Below, piece after piece: positions 60,951 to 64,000 of a stretch of DNA of 64,000 bases; the stretch's first letter is position 1, and every line of letters starts with the position of its first letter. This stretch comes from Anthoceros angustus (lineage: Eukaryota > Plantae > Anthocerotophyta): the NCBI GenBank assembly GCA_010909165.1, contig MU008184.1, forward strand, positions 868,001-932,000, in the 5' to 3' direction. The translations under genes and the position numbers were made by a program. Below the pieces are notes generated by a model. That model was not told the origin of the DNA and ran no database searches. It saw only the letters and a list, made by a program, of their open reading frames with translations.

Positions 60951-61559
60951 TGTTGTCATCGGCAACTGTCAACAGCGCACGGTACTACCCACCACGCCTA
61001 GTCAAGTTGTGTAGTGCGCATCTTGTTTCCAAACACTATCCTCACACTTGTTTTGTCGTCCAGGTTCTAGCGCCCCAGCAAGCCCGACTTAGGCGCAAGA
61101 ACAACCGGCAAGGTAACCATCCTCCTCTCTGACCTGTTTGCTCGTTGTCCTATATAAGAGAGTTGGGCTCTGGGGGAGAGTCACCGTATGTTGTGTCTGC
61201 AACACATGATAGATTTGCTGTGTGCTGTTGTGTGTTGTTCTGTGACTGCTCATGTTTCTTGAACTGTGTAAGCTCAACCTTTTTGGCTCATAGAGCTTTG
61301 TCAGGTTCGTGGCCGCAGACCAAACGCGGGCTGCACTGTGCTTTGCTCACCCTCTGTTTGCTGTCCAAATAATCTTAAGGAAGGTGCCTGCAAGTTCCTG
61401 TTTGAGCATAAGTTCTCTCCAGTGTTTGTGCCGCCGCAGTAGTATTCAATAGCATACAGTTGCCTGCAGTTGCGTGTAGCATGATTTCCTCAGTCGCAAA
61501 AGCATGCATGCAAGCAGCCTGCAGTCGCATGCATGCTTGCTGAGACAATCATGTTCCCA

Positions 61560-63094
61560 CCCATGGGGATCCAGGATATGGTACCAGACCGGAGTTCGAA
61601 ATCCCACTCCTTGAAATACGGAAGATTGTTGAAAAAGGTACTACGTAGGAATATTCTGTTTTGAAGTTTTTGTCGCCACGTGACTAACTGAATGATGGTT
61701 TCCAGTTCTCACGGAGCACACTATGTTCACATCTATGGACAAGCAAGACTTACAGCTCCTTTGCCAGGTACCTGCCCAACTGGAAAAATTAAAAAGGTAC
61801 AGAGTTTTGCTCCCATCACGCCTTTACAAACTATAGGACTGTAAAATTGTTTTCAGCATGCTAACCATGTTTGTCTCAATAAATGTTCATATACAGGATA
61901 TCAAGAAGAATTTACGAACAACAGCACAGTTAGAGTTGGAGACAATGACTCTAGTGAGAAGGTTTAACGGACAACAAATCTCGATTCAGTCAATACTCGA
62001 GGTAAACCAAAAAATGTGTCGATATTATTTATTAGTGTTCTCCCAGATACTTAACAGTTTGTTTACAGAGTGCTGCAGAACAAGCGGCTGCAGCTAAAGA
62101 AATCAAAGACAAAATACACGGAATTGACGACAAAATCAACAACACAGACATCTCACATCAGGTTGGTCAAAGCAATCATTGAATTCTCATATCCTGTTTT
62201 TCCTCTACTTAACAAATTTCTCCATTTTTACAGGAAAAAAAGAGAAAAATAGAAGAGTCTGAAGACAATGCTCCAACTTATGGCCTTTCAAAAGAGTTCA
62301 CTAAATTTGGCAAATGGATGAATAACTTCCAGTATCCGCCAATTTTCCAAGATTTCAAGAACAAATATGTTCCAATTTGGGAGCATAGTCTTAAAGACCC
62401 AGTGCAGCCAATCCTCAATGAAGATGGGTCTACACCAACCTTTCAGCAGCATATAGAGATTCAGAAAAGTAAGTAGCTTTGGAATTTTTTATTTTATAAA
62501 GTTAATTATCTGCTTTAATTTTTCATTGTGATTTTGTAGAGATATCCGAAGCCATTCAAAATAAGGAGTTGAGAACTACAGACTTATTGTCCCTTATGGA
62601 GGATCTAGAGACGCCAAAAAATATCCAGAAGGTATTTTCCTGAATTTACAAGGTATATTCCTCAAATGGAAATTTCTAACATCTGCCCTTCTTCCATAAC
62701 TTAAAGTCACACTTTCGCAGTGTGGGGAATCTTCACATCACCTGCCTAACGTTAGTCAGAAAGATATTTATCGAGCAGGACGTACTTCGACTTGAAATGG
62801 AGGTAACTTACTAACTTGTTCCACCTTCGTTTGTAGCTATCGAAGAAACAAAAGGAGTTGTTTGCACTGTTTGAGGTTAGTACATAAAATTACTAGTTTT
62901 CAATTTTAATAAGTTCTATTTCTAATAAATGATATTGCTTGTAGAAATATTCACGTCTGGACGAAATCTTTGAGATGATAAACTTTTTATATGTACCGTA
63001 CAACGAGCAAAAGAAAAGACATTACTCTGAAGACTATGCTCCACCGAAATCGCCTGTTTACACCCCGTCAACCCCGATAGAATATGACTTCTGA
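61560..63094 (+). CDS. multi-exon gene of unknown function (5' end uncertain)
   Basis: Short exons (e.g. 61897-62001, 62069-62161, 62234-62468) flanked by GT-AG introns splice in frame: EKVLTEHTMFTSMDKQDLQLLCQ|DIKKNLRTT...|SAAEQAAAAKEIK...|EKKRKIEES...; ends ...TPIEYDF with a stop at 63092-63094. Later junctions less certain. Confidence 0.55.
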
Positions 63095-63559
63095 TTTTGA
63101 CACCATAATGTCCGTAAAACGGTTATAGGATTAAAACTGCTGGGACTTCTTATAATAGCGAAAGCAGAAATGGTAACTTGTGTTACCTCACAATTGACAT
63201 TAAAGAGAGAGAAAAAGAATATAAGCTAGGTGGGTAGGGCAGCAACCCCTTGGGGCTGAGACCAGACTGGCCATCGCCTCGGCTCACGAGCATGGGGCGC
63301 CCTCGGCCCCACCGGCCGCTCACTGTGAACGGACTGCCGACGGCCTAAACGGTCTCGGCCTAACGGCCTCAATCGTTCTCGGCCGTGACGGCCCTCCTCG
63401 TGTCCGTTACCTAATACAAAAATTGTGTGTCAATGTATCTTAAATACTACATATGTGACTCTTCATCAAATAACCCTAAGCATAGGCAACCCTAGCATTA
63501 TCTCTAATAAAACGAGTGTTGATTAAGTAATCTAACATGGGAACACATTGAAGACTATC

Positions 63560-64000
63560 CTAGAGGAGGCTGAGGTTGCCCAAGCCAAACATGGAGAATT
63601 GGAGAACAAGCTCAAGGAGCTGGAGGGGAGACAGGCCACTTGGGGTAAAGAAGCGAGGAGCTCACAAAGCAAGCAACAGAAGTTGAGCAACGGTGGAAAG
63701 AAGAGGTGGCCCACTGGAGGAAGGTCGTGCATTGCATGCTGGTCATCAGGAAGCAACGCTTACAGGCCGATTATGCTTGGCAACAGGGCGTCCGGGAGGC
63801 ATGGAAGGGAGATGCGGCCGAGAATGTTACCTTAAAGCTCCGCTTGAGTGAGGTGACCCTCGAGAGAGATGCTCTGCGCAACAAGTTGGCCTCAGGACAA
63901 TGGCATGAGGATTTTGATGAGATTTGTTTGAAGGGCTAAGAGATGCACGTCCACCTACATGCTAGGGTCAACAAGCTCGCTAAGGAGATGCGCTCCTTGT
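63560..64000 (+). pseudogene. second copy of the element-X coiled-coil ORF
   Basis: Nucleotide and peptide match to the reverse complement of about 3050-3480 (ELENKLKELEG; EAWKGDAAENVT; RLSEVTLERDAL; VHLHARVNKLAKE). Confidence 0.75.

Noticed and set aside
21930-63495. Telomeric repeats from scattered AACCCTA motifs
   Set aside because: Isolated motifs within LTRs and leaders; no tandem array.
63424-63537. Short copia-style LTR (TGTGTG...CTAACA)
   Set aside because: No partner LTR, PBS, PPT or TSD could be confirmed in the window.

Overview
Eukaryotic, plant-like DNA (iMet and Asp tRNA primer-binding sites, GT-AG introns). A non-seed streptophyte is plausible but is inference only. The window is almost entirely nested transposable elements, mostly on the minus strand and heavily frameshifted. 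(1) 4137-9474: a Ty3/gypsy internal region with domain order gag(2xCCHC)-protease-C5 cytosine DNA methyltransferase-RT-RNaseH-integrase. It is cut at the integrase by a second gypsy element whose gag, PBS and LTR occupy 1-4136. (2) 9733-19456: two diverged 4.2-4.5 kb LTR-like modules in inverted orientation, each with a degraded ORF. (3) 19457-55782: copia C0, into which copia C1 (21844-28298, TSD TCATA) and copia C2 (29709-54329, TSD ACGTA) inserted. C2 in turn holds copia C3 (47296-53540, TSD GCGTT) and a 9.4 kb Sola-like DNA transposon (34143-43548; 30-bp TIRs, AAAT TSD). (4) The most striking object is that transposon: besides its DDE/D transposase it carries a divergent, intron-containing cargo gene with a ParB/Srx-like domain, a beta-class N6-adenine/N4-cytosine DNA methyltransferase and a possible upstream PHD-like zinc finger. 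(5) 55783-64000: unidentified spliced gene fragments and low-complexity DNA. All domain calls were made by eye from motifs, often across frameshifts; no database searches were run.
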